Source: the human T2T-CHM13v2.0 reference genome, Homo sapiens | DNA: 64,000 bases | Assembly: GCF_009914755.1 (NCBI RefSeq) | Contig: NC_060926.1 | Strand: one strand, 5' to 3' | Shown: one piece after another, positions 42,225 to 59,938 of the stretch | Numbering within the stretch: the stretch's first letter is position 1 | Layout: every line of letters begins with the position of its first letter | The notes under the pieces: model-generated | What the model was told of the DNA's origin: nothing | The model's database searches: none | The model's input: only the letters and a program-made list of their open reading frames with translations | Position numbers and translations under genes: made by a program

Positions 42225-42430
42225 CTTTAAAACTAGTTAATAGAAGCTCTGTACTGTGCTAAGCAATTTACAAGCATCTTATTTAATCATTGTAACATTC
42301 TTTATGAAGTAGTTACAATCATTTTTGTACGTTTCAGAGAAAGAAATTGAGGCTCAGATATGAAATGGCAGAGCCAGGACTTGAACCCAGGTTCTCTCAC
42401 TCCAAACCCCATCCTTTGAACCACCCTACT
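42225..42430 (-). mobile_element. MIR
   Basis: ACTGTGCTAAGCAATTTACA...AAATTGAGGCTCAGA...GCAGAGCCAGGACTTGAACCCAGG. Confidence 0.8.
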
Positions 42431-43962
42431 GATGTACCTCCTATGGATCTTCAGATAGCATTTTCTCAAAACTGGGCTGTCAGAAGCATGATGGGCGTGG
42501 CCAAGGGAGGATTACACAAGCTGGTGAGCTGCGATGGAGAGCCGCTGGTTCTGCTCCCAGAAAGTCAAGGATTATGGAGTGTGATGGTTGCTGCCTGGGG
42601 TGGAGAGTGTGCATGTATATTGATTAGTGCCTACCATACTAAGAAATTCCCTTCTCTTTAGAAGTGAACAGTCTCAAATTGGCAAAATATAGAAGGACAA
42701 AGGTGTAAAAGGACTGAGCAGAATCCGAAGTTTTCCTGTGAGCATGGAGGTGGGGCAGGGAGAATGAAGAAGAAAATGCAACTGAGAAAATAAGTCTAGT
42801 TCTTGGTAAGGTGAGATGTCTTTGACATTCATGAAGGAACTTCCTGTTCCTTCCTAGCAGGAAGAACATTTGCCTGGTGATGGTCTGTCAGACTAAACTG
42901 CCTTACCTATAAAGAAGGCAGGAAACTAACATTTGAGCATGTAGATTTTCAGACTATTTCCCTTGGATTATTTCACTTCATCATCAGAGGAAGATGTTCC
43001 TCCCTTCATATTGCAGATAGGGCAATGGGGCTCAGAGGGCTGGAGTGGTTTGCCCAACATCATTCAACTAGTAATGGCAAAGCTGAGATTTGAGTTTGTC
43101 TTCTAACTCCAATCTCAGGGCTCTAATTTAGATTGCAGTTGATCATTTATTATAAAACCTTGGCAATGCTTGATTGCCTGTTTCAGTGTGAAGAGTGCAC
43201 TTGTTTCACAGCAAGGTGAAATCAGAAAACGTGCAAGGTCACTAGCCTCCCCAACCCTGCCTGCCTTCTTGTGTCTCAACTCCAGCTTTGTCCACCTCTG
43301 CCTAGAAAACTCCTTCTCAAACTTTAAAATCCACCTCAAGTGCCTCCTCTCTTTGAAACTTTAGATCCACTACCTTCTGGCTCCAGGTAGAATAGCTGTT
43401 CTTTTACATGTTCTTTCAGACCCATATGCATATGTGCATTACTAATAAGTCACTTTTAATATGCCTGTCTCCCCCACTAGGATGTGAACTGCTCAAAGAC
43501 AGGGACTGTCCTATTCCTTGTGGCCCAGCCAGGCCCAGCTCAGGGAGGTTAGGCAAGAGCTGTTGGGTCTAAGGCTCTCAGTGCAGTCTACTTTGGCTCT
43601 GAACTTCACCAGTGCAATCAGGTAAACCTTGGTCTCTTCCTTCCCCTAGCTAGATGTCCAAGTGACTCATGCCTTTTCCTAGAGGCCATAAACATGTCCC
43701 TGCTCAGATGCTAGTGCTGAGTTCCACTCTGCTATGTGGCTTTGCTGGTGTCCCCTTGCCTATCTCCATGTGGTCTCCATATGTCCCCTATATCCCTGGT
43801 CTACCCTGCTCTGTCCCTAATCATACAGGCTAGACTTGGCTTGACTTTGCCACTGCTCTGGTGACATCTCTCCTCTCCTTCTCATCCACTCCTGTCCCTG
43901 CCACATCACTCCAGGGAAAAGCAAACTGAAATCCTCTCCCAACCACTGGTGCATTACGCCCT

Positions 43963-44470
43963 ATGACAGGCACGATAATGGCCCTTAAAGATATCACGCC
44001 CTAATCCCTGGAACCTATAAATGTTACCTAATAAGAAAAAGAGGTCTTTGCAGACGTGATTCAACTAAGGATACTAAGGTCAGGTATAGAGGCTGAGGCA
44101 GGTGGATCACTTGAGCTCAAGAGTTCGAGACCAGCCTGGGCAACGTGGCAAAACCCTGTCTCTACAAAAAAAGAAAAAAGAAAAATACAAAAATTTGCCG
44201 GGTGTGGTGGTGTACACCTATAGTCCCAGCTACTCAGGAGGTTGAGGTGAGATGGACTGCTTGAGCTTGGGAAGTCGAGGCTGCAGTGAGCTGTGTTCTC
44301 GCCACTGCACTCCAGCCTGGGCGACACAGTGAGACCCTGTCTCAAAAAATTAATTAATCGATTAAGGATTCTGAGATGGAGAGATTATCCTGGATTATCC
44401 AGGTGGGTCCTAAATGAAATCACAAGTGTCTTATAAGTTAGAGAATGAGGAGCATTACACACACACACAT

Positions 44471-44538
<68 letters not shown>

Positions 44539-44797
44539 CCATGTGAAGCCACAGGCAAAGACTGGATGCAGCCATGAGCCAAGGAATGCCAGCAGCCACC
44601 AGGAACTGCAAAAGGCAAGGAGCAGTTTCTACCCCAGAGCCTCTGGGGGGAGTGCAGCCCTGCTGCCACCTTGCTTTTGACCCAATGATACTGATTTTGA
44701 ACTTCTGGCCTCCAGAACTGTGGGAAAATAAATCTCTGTAGTTTTAAGCCACCCAGTTTGTGCTAATTTGTTACACCAGCCACAGGAAACTAATACA
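43963..44797 (+). mobile_element. MLT1 (MLT1C-like) LTR containing an AluJ (44079-44348) and a (CA)n(GA)n repeat
   Basis: CCTAATCCCTGGAACCT...GATTATCCTGGATTATCCAGGTGGG...GGAAACTAATACA. Confidence 0.88.
44457..44535. repeat. Compound (CA)n(GA)n microsatellite
   Basis: Direct reading; about 24 perfect GA units. Confidence 0.95.
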
Positions 44798-44924
44798 GGT
44801 CCCAAAGGGATTGACCTTGCTCTCCTAGTTTTTTTTTTTTTTTTTTAACCCCGCTAGTTTTACAACTGGCTCAACTGCCTCACTCCTCTGGCTTCTTACA
44901 GCCCCTTTCTCTAAGGACCTGGAC

Positions 44925-45360
44925 TAGTAACCACCATTTATTGAGCACCTACTACATGCCAGGTACTGAGGCTTCCATGGGCTACATCACTAATCCATGC
45001 AATAACCCTGTGAGATGGGTATTGAGGCCAAAAGAAGTCAGGTGACTTGCCCATGATCACACAGCTGCTAGAAAATGCCAGAGCTGGGATCTAAAAGCAG
45101 GTCTAACTCCAAAGCCTATGGCTGTGATCCTGCTGCCTCACTACTCAAGTAGGGGCCATCACTAGTTGACTGACTGCCAGTTCTCATGTGTTTTTCTCCA
45201 AAAGCCTATTGGCATCTCATACAAATAATAAGTGCTATTATATGGCAGGCATTGTGCTCAGGACTTTACATACATTATTTTATTTTTCTCATCAGTGCAA
45301 CTCCATGAGGTAAGAGCTATTATCATCCCTTTTTACTGACAAGGAAATTACTGCTAAGTG
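44925..45360 (-). mobile_element. Two MIR relics
   Basis: CATTTATTGAGCACCTACTACATGCCAGG and CAGGCATTGTGCTCAGGACTTTACAT...GACAAGGAAA. Confidence 0.75.
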
Positions 45361-46207
45361 GTAGACCCGGCACCAGGCCCTGGGTTTCTGGGGTCCTGGA
45401 CAAGTGTCATTTCCTCTGATCTGCTCAGCCTCTCATTTGCACCAGTGCCCTGGGCTGTAATTTGACTTGGACTTGGTTCAGACTTCTGAAAGGCCTCTGT
45501 GTTGTCCAAAGTTTGGAGGACTTCCACCAAGTTTATGTGTGGAGCTTGCTTGTTAGTTTCCAGAGGGTTCAAAACACCCACAGTGCTGCATAAATATTCC
45601 ACTGCCCAGACATTCACAAACACCCTACCCACATCTTTAAAAGTCTCTCTATCTAGTCCTATCTGTGGCCTCCTCCTCTCCTCATTAGAAGCCTTGAGAT
45701 AGTTACATTGCAAAATTAACATATTAAAACAAATTTGCAAAATATAAATTATTGTAATGCATTATAACAATGATAATATAAAAATTGGGAAAGAAGAAAA
45801 ATGTTAAGGATTTCATCAAAATATGTGTCCTAAGTAAAGTCTTTTATAAAAATGCATCTCAGTGGAGGTGGATAGAGGGAAGAATGCCAGGGAAGACAGA
45901 AAGAATGAGGCAGAAAGCAAGATTCTCTATATTTATAAACCCTGAATACCTAAATGGGTTTATTTAGAATCAGTGGTCATTTGCATGCCTTCATAGGAAA
46001 TGTTGAAAAACTTAATTGAAACAGCAATTCATACAGCACAGCCAACAGACAACAAACTGCCTTTGGAAGTGAATGAGGACTCCCTGAATTTCCTGGATCA
46101 TCTTGGTTCTTTATAGACTTTGCAAAGGAACAAGAACCCAACAAAAGGGAAAAAGAACTCTCCATGATTGTTGACAGCTGTATAATAATGAAAAGAGACC
46201 AGGACCT

Positions 46208-46513
<306 letters not shown>

Positions 46514-47332
46514 TCAGTCCTACTTCTTCCCTTATATGCTGTGTGATCTTGGACAAGGCACTTCCCATCTCTGACCTTCAGTTTTTTCCATCTGTAGGTA
46601 ATCTCTATGGTACCTTCAAATTCTACCAGAATATTTTTAACTAAAATAGCATCATAGCTACGCTTCGCATTTTTGCTTTTGCTTTTCTTCTCACAGTCAC
46701 ATAATCAACCAAGAGAATGAGGCAAGGAGTTGTGGTTGCTGCTGAACACACACATTTATCTAGAGGGCAAATGTAGACTTTGGTTTAAATTCTTCTGATG
46801 AAACTGTGTCTCACACCCAAATCCCAAGTTCAACGGACTGCTCTTGAGATGCCAGCCGTGGCGGCCTTGCTAGGGAGGAGGCCCATGATGGCCTGTGTCT
46901 GAGTCTGTTTCATTGCAACACTCCCAGAAAGCCAGCCCTGTCATTAAGCTCACAAAGTAAACACTGTCCTCAGCAAAAGCCTGAGTTAGCAGTCACCTAA
47001 AGGCAACTGTGCTCCTTTAAGGGGAGAGCTTTCACCATTCATTGCTCCACCAGTGCCGGCCTTAAAACTTGAAATCAAACGCAGGGCTCCCAAGGCGCTG
47101 GCCTTTCATCCAAAACCACCGAAGGCTGTGGGCAGGATTCAGAATTATGTTTCACCAGCTGGTCCAGGCCGCAGTTTGTCTGGGGAGAGAAACAGACACA
47201 GGGAACAAAGAGATGGAGGTGGGAAGGTGGTAAGAAAAGGGCCTTTCTGCTGTTATTGCCACAGAGCTATGGGTGGTATTAACGTAATCAGAATATTTTA
47301 CCCAGAAGTCCAGAACGTAGAAGTATCAATAA

Positions 47333-47726
<394 letters not shown>

Positions 47727-48084
47727 TAATATGCTTCTTCCTCATTATGTTAAAGCTGCATCTTGTGTGCGTGTACTGAACCCCCACCTAGCTGGCAAAT
47801 TCTTCAAAGGCAGGAGAAGTTCCCATTGTTTAGTTTCCAAGCCCAACAAGGTGATTGGTGCTGAACTGAGCCAAGACAGGCAGACTGCCTTCACCAGGGA
47901 GTCAAGAGCAGCACCTTGGTGTATCCCCAATGCCCTTCTCCGGGGGTATCCAGTCCATCCCCATTATTTTTGTGGCCCACAAGGCAGTACCTCCTCCCCC
48001 AGGTCTGAGAAGACTGAGGAGGGTGTTATTAGGTTCCTACATGGCCCAGACTAGTTGATATCCCATCTGGGACTTGCTGAATAA

Positions 48085-48320
48085 TGATGATAATAATAGC
48101 TAACATTTATCGAGCACTTACTATGTGCAGCCTCTGCTAAATACTTTATCTTGCAACACAATCCTCATGCCAGCCCTCTGAGATAGCACTTTTATCATCC
48201 CCACTTTACAAATGTAAAAACCGAGACTCAAAATACACAGCTAGGAGACGGTAGACCTGAGATTCTGGTCAGGGCTGACTGACGTGGATCCTGTGTTTGA
48301 ACTCCTAGCATACGCTGCTT
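48085..48320 (-). mobile_element. MIR
   Basis: AATAATAGCTAACATTTATCGAGCACTTACTATGTGC...CCCCACTTTACAAATG. Confidence 0.85.
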
Positions 48321-49048
48321 CCCAAACTAGTTTGTAAATTCTTTTGAGAGCAGAGATTCTATCTTTTTCTTTTCTGTACTCACAGAGCCTAGAAGAATCC
48401 TGAGCAACAGTGGACTCTTAGCATCTACCTGTTTCTTGACTGACTCATGAGCGATCCATGCCCATGGCAGTCAGAGATAAGAGTGACAAGAGGTTAGAGA
48501 GGGATCTGGCAAAGAAAGTTTGGAGAGCTGCTTATAGCCAGGTCAATTTAGGGTGAGGGAGTGTAGGCACAGAGGCCCCTCTCAGCAGTACTCAGAAGCT
48601 TCCAGAGCATCCTGAGCAGGAAGGTGGCCTTCCCTTCTCAAGGAGGACTCTCTAAGGAATAAGGAGGCATCCGAACATAGCAAGGGCAGAGGAGTGGCTA
48701 TGGAGCCAAATCTCATTCAATGTCTCTGTCTTGGTGATCACTAAGAAGCCAGTGTTGCTCTCTGCAGCAAGCTGCTCATCTGTTGTCCTGATTGACCTCC
48801 AGTTTAGAAAAATGCACAGTATCCAACTGTTCCTACACTTTGACTGCTCTGCAGGATTTTTTCCCTCTTCCTATATTGAACATGTGAAGGATTGCAGCCC
48901 TTTTTTTTTCTAATGGCTTATGTTTTGATGTTTTACCTGTAAATCAATTATTTGGAACTGATAACACATTTCCCATAGGAAATCATGTTGCTTAAAGAGG
49001 TTAGGATCTCAGGCTATGTCCTAATAGTCTTATTTTACCCATTGTTTA

Positions 49049-49158
49049 TTCCTTTTTTTTTAATTTTCTTATTTTAAGAGACAGAGTCTCCCTATGTTGC
49101 CTCCCACCTCAGTCTCCCAAAGTGCTGGGATTACAGATGTGAGCCACTGTGCCCAGCC
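49049..49158 (-). mobile_element. Internally deleted FLAM/Alu monomer
   Basis: TSD TTTACCCATT(G/A)TT. Confidence 0.8.
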
Positions 49159-49236
49159 TTTACCCATTATTAATAGCAGTGAGCCTGATGTACATATCAC
49201 CTACAAATAATCATGTTCATAATAGGAAAAAATGTA

Positions 49237-49305
49237 TTAGGTTGGTGCAAAGGTAATTGTGGTTTTTGCCATTATGAAACCGCAATTACTTTTGCACCAA
49301 TCTAA
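49237..49305. mobile_element. MADE1 (Hsmar1-derived MITE)
   Basis: TTAGGTTGGTGCAAAGGTAATTGTGGTTTTTGCCATTA...AAACCGCAATTACTTTTGCACCAATCTAA flanked by TA. Confidence 0.95.
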
Positions 49306-49620
49306 TATATTCCTAATTCTAACTCAGCACCCCAGGACAGGGTTTCCCCTACCTGGGGAAGTAGAGATTTCTGGAGATGAGGTTAGCAGCACTCTGCTAC
49401 CTCATAACTTTCTAACTGGGTTTGCAGAAGAGATCAGAACTTGAGGATATAAGATCATGCCAGCCTTATCAAAGAAGTCATGTCTGCAGAAGCAACAGGT
49501 TTGCAACACAATCATTGCAGCAACGATCCAGATACACACTGATATCTGTTGATTCAGGATGACACACATGAGGGTATGAGTCACACACCTGACCTCCTCA
49601 AGACATCTTAAAAGTTCAAA

Positions 49621-49884
<264 letters not shown>

Positions 49885-50272
49885 AGGTCAAAGGGATTTC
49901 CACCATACTCAGCTTGTTAAATCTCTGAAGTGGAAAGATCAATACTCCTCTAGCCCAACTCCAGCCCAAGACTCCTTCCTATGCCTAGTACTCTGTGCTG
50001 AGAAACAGGGAGTCGCAGAAGGAACTCCTTCAAGAAGCTTCTTATTCATTTTTTTAAAAAAATCATTATAATAGCTACTTCTTTTTTTTTTAGTACTAAC
50101 TTGAGGCCAAAGGCTTTATATGTTTCAATTTGTTAAATTCTCATAAAAACCCTATGTTTAGATTTAGCTTCACTTAGAATATAAGGAAACTGAGGTTTAT
50201 CATGATTAAGTAACTTGCCTTACCTCACACAGCTAATACACGGAAAAATCAGGATTCAAAACCCAGTCTGTT

Positions 50273-50696
<424 letters not shown>

Positions 50697-51000
50697 AAAA
50701 CCCAGTCTGTTTGCAACTCCAGAGTCCAGGCTATTAACTGCTATGGTATAATTGTTTTTCCAGAGGTATGGAGGAAACATCAAAAGATTATAAAACATAG
50801 TCACTGTTAAGTATGTCAAACTTATGTATTTTTATTTAAATAATAATCTTGAAATTGATACAGTATATGCTGGATCATCAGGCAGTGCAACTATAACTAA
50901 GTCCTGTCACACAATATAAAGGCTCCCTTTTCTGTTGATTTCTAGCCAAGAGGAGGCCAAACAAATACCATGATGGCTCACTGAAAGAATGAGGGTTTTA

Positions 51001-51336
<336 letters not shown>

Positions 51337-51588
51337 TCATGGGAGCTTCTCCATGAAGTCACGTAGCACACAGCAGTACAGGCATGCTGAGCACAGAAGG
51401 ACCTTCCCTTAGGTGTCATCCTCACACTGGGAGCAGACATATTACACAGATCTCATTATACTGTAACCAGCATTGCACACCATGTTGACTCATCATTTTG
51501 AGAATGAGCTACTTGGCTGTTAAACTGCCTCAGTCTCTAGTGAGAATTGTTGAAAAGTAAAATTTTTTCCCAAGTCTCCCCTTAGCTA

Positions 51589-51727
51589 TTTTTCTTTCTT
51601 TCTTTCTTTCTTTCTTTTTTTTTTTTGTTAGTAGGGACAGGGTTTTGCCATGTTGGCCACACTGGTCTCGAACTCCTGGCCTCAAGCAATGCGCCCGCCT
51701 TGGCCTCCCAAAGTGCTGGGACTACAG
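51589..51727 (-). mobile_element. Alu left-arm fragment with (TTTC)n
   Basis: GCCATGTTGGCC...CCTCCCAAAGTGCTGGG. Confidence 0.85.
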
Positions 51728-52161
51728 TGTTTTTCTTTCTTGATGATGCAATATTTAGTCATAAATATCCTCTGAAATCTTCTCATTGTCCTAATTAAAA
51801 GAAGAAACTTTTAAGAAACCAGAAGATAGAAGCCTGCTAGACCAGTCCTCCCATATGAGTCGAACATCAAAGTCGTTTATGAAAAAGGAAGAATCACAAA
51901 GTTTCAGTTTGTTACAACATTAGAGTAAGAGAGAAAGAAGCATAGAAAAAGCAGTACAAATAGGAAGCACAAAATAAGGTTATAGAAATGAATCCAAATT
52001 TCAGTAATCATAGTAAATGTAAATGGATCAAATTGGCCTTTAAAAGTACAAAAAAAGTTAGAGTTTTAAATATTAGAAATCCAGATATATACTTTTTATA
52101 AGAGGCTTGCTAAACTGTAAGGATCAAGAATGACAGAAAGTATAAGTATGTAAAAAATAGA

Positions 52162-52620
<459 letters not shown>

Positions 52621-52763
52621 GTGAAAATAAAATATATCTGGCAAATAGCCACCCCTTCAAAAAAGCTAATGTTGTTGTTATTAATATGAGACAAATGAGT
52701 TTAAGACAAAAAGCATTTTTAGGGATGAAATGAGTCACTATATTTGATAAAAATTTCACTGGA

Positions 52764-53084
<321 letters not shown>

Positions 53085-53324
53085 CTAAACTTATATGTCC
53101 TTAATAACATATCTTCAAAGTATGTAATCTAAAAATTGATAAAACTTTGTTTCAAATTGAAAACATACATGGTGATGAGGATAAAAAAACTGAGGAAGGA
53201 AGGAGAGAATAAACATATGTTGAGGGCTTACTATTTGCCAAGACTGTGCCAAATGCTAGGGAAACAAGGATGTGGAGACATAGTTTCTCCCCCCATAAAA
53301 CTTCCATATGGAAATAATGTATAA

Positions 53325-53655
<331 letters not shown>

Positions 53656-55487
53656 CAAGGGATATACACTCTTAAAATGAATGATGGAAGACAGGATGAA
53701 GTTACTATCTGAATCAGAAGAGGAGGGGGTAAAGGAAAACTCATATAGAAATATTTTGAAATGGTCTTAAAGGATGAGTAAGAGTTCACCAGATAGACAA
53801 GGGGCAGAGGGGCGAGGACTAGGGAGAAGAGCATGTCAAACAGAGGAAACAATACACACCACCAGCCAGAGAGGTAAGAAAGCATAGCATGTACAGAGGT
53901 CTAAAGCATTGGATAAGTAAATTGAGGAAGAAAAAACATTTTTACTGGTAACGATTTCACATGCATGAAGCCTTAGTTTCAGTGACATTTACACACACCA
54001 GAAAGAAGAACTGGACAAGGTTCCTCTTCAGCACAGAAGTCACTAGAAAAATATAACTAATCACATGGGGGATGGGAGGAGTTTAGAAAGCTACCAGTTT
54101 AATTTCCCTTGGCAAATCCTGCAGTGCAGATTTGCTAAGTTCCAGTGTAATGCACTCTGGTGATGTCATTTTAGCCTCGGATGATTGCACATCCCAAACA
54201 ACCATGTGACTAATACCCTCTGGCTGTCACCAAAAGTCTAAACAATATGAGCAGCAGTGCTCAGCCTCAGCGTGCTAGCAAGCTGCCTTAGTTCCTCACT
54301 TTCAAATTACAATCTGACTTGTTACATGTAATAAACAGGAGGTGAGAAAGGAGAAAGAAAAACAAGTGTGGAAACTATTCCATAGTAGTGCTATGACCTA
54401 ACACATCCATTTGATTTCAGTTGGCAAGGGAAGCAGAAAATCCAGTTTGACACAAGAAATCAAGAATGGTTGCACAACAGGCTGAGTTGGGAACATCCTT
54501 TATATATTGTCAGTCTCTGCCATGGCCGGTAATTCACTCAATTGTGAACAAAATATCTTACAGAGTAGCCAAAAAGTTTTAGAAAATAATGTGCACTTTT
54601 TTTTTTATTTTTTTCCCCTTTCATACCTAGTCTGGTAGAATAATCTGCACTTTAGAAGGGACGGCTTTTCTTTCTTTCTTTTAGACAAAACTGTGCCCCT
54701 TGATTTTGGATCCCATTTATGCTGATACTTTTAAATAAGCAATTTTCTCATGTGCAGTGGGAATTGACACCTATCTAACCAATTTTTATTTTGTTGATGA
54801 AAACTGAAAGCGGAAGCTAGAAGAATGGGGGGATTGTCCTCTTTTCTATATATTTTTTTCTTTTTGATGTCCTTTACTTCAAGTTAAGCCTGGTGTTTGC
54901 TTTAATCACAGCAGAAAGCATTTTCCATTTCAGGGAAAGGAGAGAACAGGCCATAAACCCTGTCCCCTGTTTGTTCTCCAACTACCCATTTTTGTCCTTT
55001 GCCCTGCCATGTCTTTTCCCCCTCGTTTGCTTCTCCTTTCTTTGTTGATTTCTCAGTTCTTTTCTGGCCTCACTCAAAATGGCAGAAATTACGCAACCTA
55101 GTACTTTTTTACACAAGCTCCTTTAGTGTCAAGGATTCATCAAGTGCCTGCCATGTGCCGGAACTGTTCTAGATGCCGAGAATACTACCATGAATGAAAT
55201 AGACAGAAATCCCGGCTGTCATTGGGCTTTGTCTGAGGGCCATTGGGGAAGGCCTCTCAAAGGAAGTGATAGCTGAGCTGGGATCTGAGTCATGAAGAGG
55301 AGTGAGCCCAGGGGACAACAGCTGCAAGAGTGTGCCAATGGGAGAGACCAGCCCAGCAAAAAGGAGAAGCATAAGTCTGGTGCATTCCAGGGACAGGAAG
55401 GAATGGGGCAGGGTGCCTTTAAGAGAAAAGCATCAGTTTGGATGAGGAGGGATGTAGGGTCGGGAATACAAAATAAGAGTAATTATG

Positions 55488-55780
55488 GCTGGGCACAATA
55501 GCTCACACCTGTAATCCCAGGACTTTGGGAGGCCAAGGTGGGCGGATCACTTGAGGTCAGGAGTTAGAGACCAGCCTGGCCAACATGGCGAAACCCTGTC
55601 TCTACCAAAAATACAAAAATTAGCTAGGCCTGGTGGTACGTGCCTGTAATCCCAGCTACTCGGGAGACTGAGGCAGGAGGCAGAGGTTGCAGTAAACCAA
55701 GATCGCGCCACTGCACTCCAGCCTGGGCAAAAGAGTGAAAGTGTGTCTCAAAAAAAAGAGAGAGAGAGAGAGAGAGAGAA
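55488..55780 (+). mobile_element. AluS with an internal deletion and (GA)n tail
   Basis: GAGGCAGGAG joins to GCAGAGGTTGCAG. Confidence 0.92.
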
Positions 55781-55893
55781 ATTAACTTAGGGTGAAAGGC
55801 ATTTTGCCCACAACAAAGGAGGGATTCCTCTAGATCCACCAGATGGAGGAAGGTTTGAGAGAACAAAGATGATGGTTGGGTTCCAGGGTCTGA

Positions 55894-56211
<318 letters not shown>

Positions 56212-56497
56212 TGGAATCCTCTTTCTTTAGAGGTGTGAAGAGTGGGAACTGGGGACCAGTAACTCGGAGAGGCAAGGCCAGGTTCATGGAAGACTGGGGG
56301 GACAAATGGACTGATGGCAACACACAAAGACGCACACTTATGCAGTCACATGTGCACAAAGCGACAGCAGGCGCCTTTTCAAAGTATGCCGGGTTGAGTG
56401 AAATGACCTAAACGTATCTTTTTATACAGTAAGCAGGAGGGCAGAGACCCTCTTTTTATAGACTACATTCTCAACATTTTTAAAAACATTTGCTCCT

Positions 56498-56924
<427 letters not shown>

Positions 56925-57110
56925 TTACTTAAGCCTCCTCCACCCAGACTTTGGTCTGGAACCTTCTGATCTACCCACTTTCCAGGTGAATCCCAGCTGA
57001 GCTGCTACAGCCTGGTAAGTGTTGCCAGATCTGCATAGCAGCCTCAGGCTGGGCTCATTAACTCTAAAGGAAAAAGAAAAAGGCAACAACTTAGTGGGCT
57101 GCCAAAACTG

Positions 57111-57459
<349 letters not shown>

Positions 57460-57588
57460 TGAAGGAGATGAATGCTGAGTTATGAAGAGAGAGCTTTGCC
57501 TTGCTTCAGAGAGCAAAGCTTGGCTTAGTGACTAAAAGTTTCTGGAAAAAAGTTTCAGAAAAAGATTTCATTAAAAAAAAAAAAAAGT

Positions 57589-57908
<320 letters not shown>

Positions 57909-58104
57909 CTAGTGGAAGTAGTTGACACCCAGCACTGCAGGTGAGCTATGGTATAAAGCAGGTACCTGACCTGGGTCTAAGGTCCCTTCTAATTTTACAT
58001 TCTATGAATTAATCTATATCTAAAGACCATGAGCACAGTATTGAATGAAGATGTTCACAAACATAGTCATTCTTTCTCTCTCTTCAGAAATAGCTAGATA
58101 AAAA

Positions 58105-58322
58105 GAACTATCAACATCACTAGCCATCAGAGTAATGCAAATCAAAACCATGATGAGATTACCACTTCCCACTCACCAGGATGGCTATAATAAAAAAGAC
58201 AGATAATAACAAGTGTTGGTGAGGATATGGAGAAACCAGAACCCTCACACATGGCTGGCAGGAATGCAAAATGGTATAGCCAGTTTGAAAAATAATCTAG
58301 CAATTCCTCAAAACGTTAAATG
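58105..58322 (+). mobile_element. L1M ORF2 3' fragment
   Basis: ATGCAAATCAAAACCATGATGAGA...AACAAGTGTTGGTGAGGATATGGAGAAA. Confidence 0.85.
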
Positions 58323-58323
58323 T

Positions 58324-58716
<393 letters not shown>

Positions 58717-58802
58717 TTAAAAGAATGATTTATCCTAAACTTCCAGATAGTAGCACTGTGAAATGCAAACAGCAGAGACCTCTGACCTGTATTCCACGTT
58801 TA

Positions 58803-59151
<349 letters not shown>

Positions 59152-59617
59152 AGACATAGGGGTGCCTCTGGCCCTGGGATCCAGCCCCTCCATGCTGGTC
59201 CAGTGCAACTCATGACCCTAAACATTTCTTCTTGAGATAACACCATTCAGGATTCACAGAAACACTTCTGTATCTCTCTTGCCCTATGTCTTCAAAACAA
59301 AAAGCTTTGTGGGTTGTGTTGCTGCTGACATTAGGGGAAAAAAATGGCTTTGCAAAGATTTGAGTGGCAGAAACTCTTACGTAAAAAAGGACAAATTAAT
59401 TAAGTTGTCAAATTCCTCCTTTCAGAGAATATGAATGCAATAGATTCTTGCATTACCAAGTATCATTGGCTAGGAATGCTGAGGATCCCTTTTCCAGCTT
59501 CTCTGTTTTCCAACTCCGAGTTCTGGAGGTACTTGGGAATTAAGTGGCATTTGCAACAGTTGCACATTGTGCATTGTGACCATGGACATTTTGCAATAGC
59601 AAACAATTCTTATTACG

Positions 59618-59938
59618 TTTTTTCCCCCAAGACAAGGTCTGGCTCTGTTGTCCAGGCTAGAGTGCAGTGGCACAATCTCAGCTCACTGCAACCTCCACCT
59701 CCTAGTCTCAACCATCCTCGCACCTCAGCCTCCCAAATTGCTGGGATTACAGGCGTGCACCACCACGTCCGGCTATTTTTTGTATTTTTTGTAGAGATGG
59801 GGTTTCACCATATTGTCCAGGATGGTGGCTCATGCCTGTAATCCAGCACTTGGGAGGCCTAGGTGAGAGGATAGCTTGAGCCAAGGACTTCAAGATCAGC
59901 CTGGGCAATACAGTGAGACCTCTTAAAAAAAAAAAAAA
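59618..59938. mobile_element. Fused divergent Alus: antisense Alu (59618-~59826) and sense FLAM-like monomer (~59817-59938)
   Basis: CACCATATTGTCCAGGATGGT runs directly into GGCTCATGCCTGTAATCC. Confidence 0.88.

Noticed and set aside
59431-59620. HIVHCDHGH peptide as a transposase CxxH motif
   Set aside because: The spacing does not fit and there is no supporting context. The adjacent AT-rich DNA may be an old transposon, but I cannot assign it.
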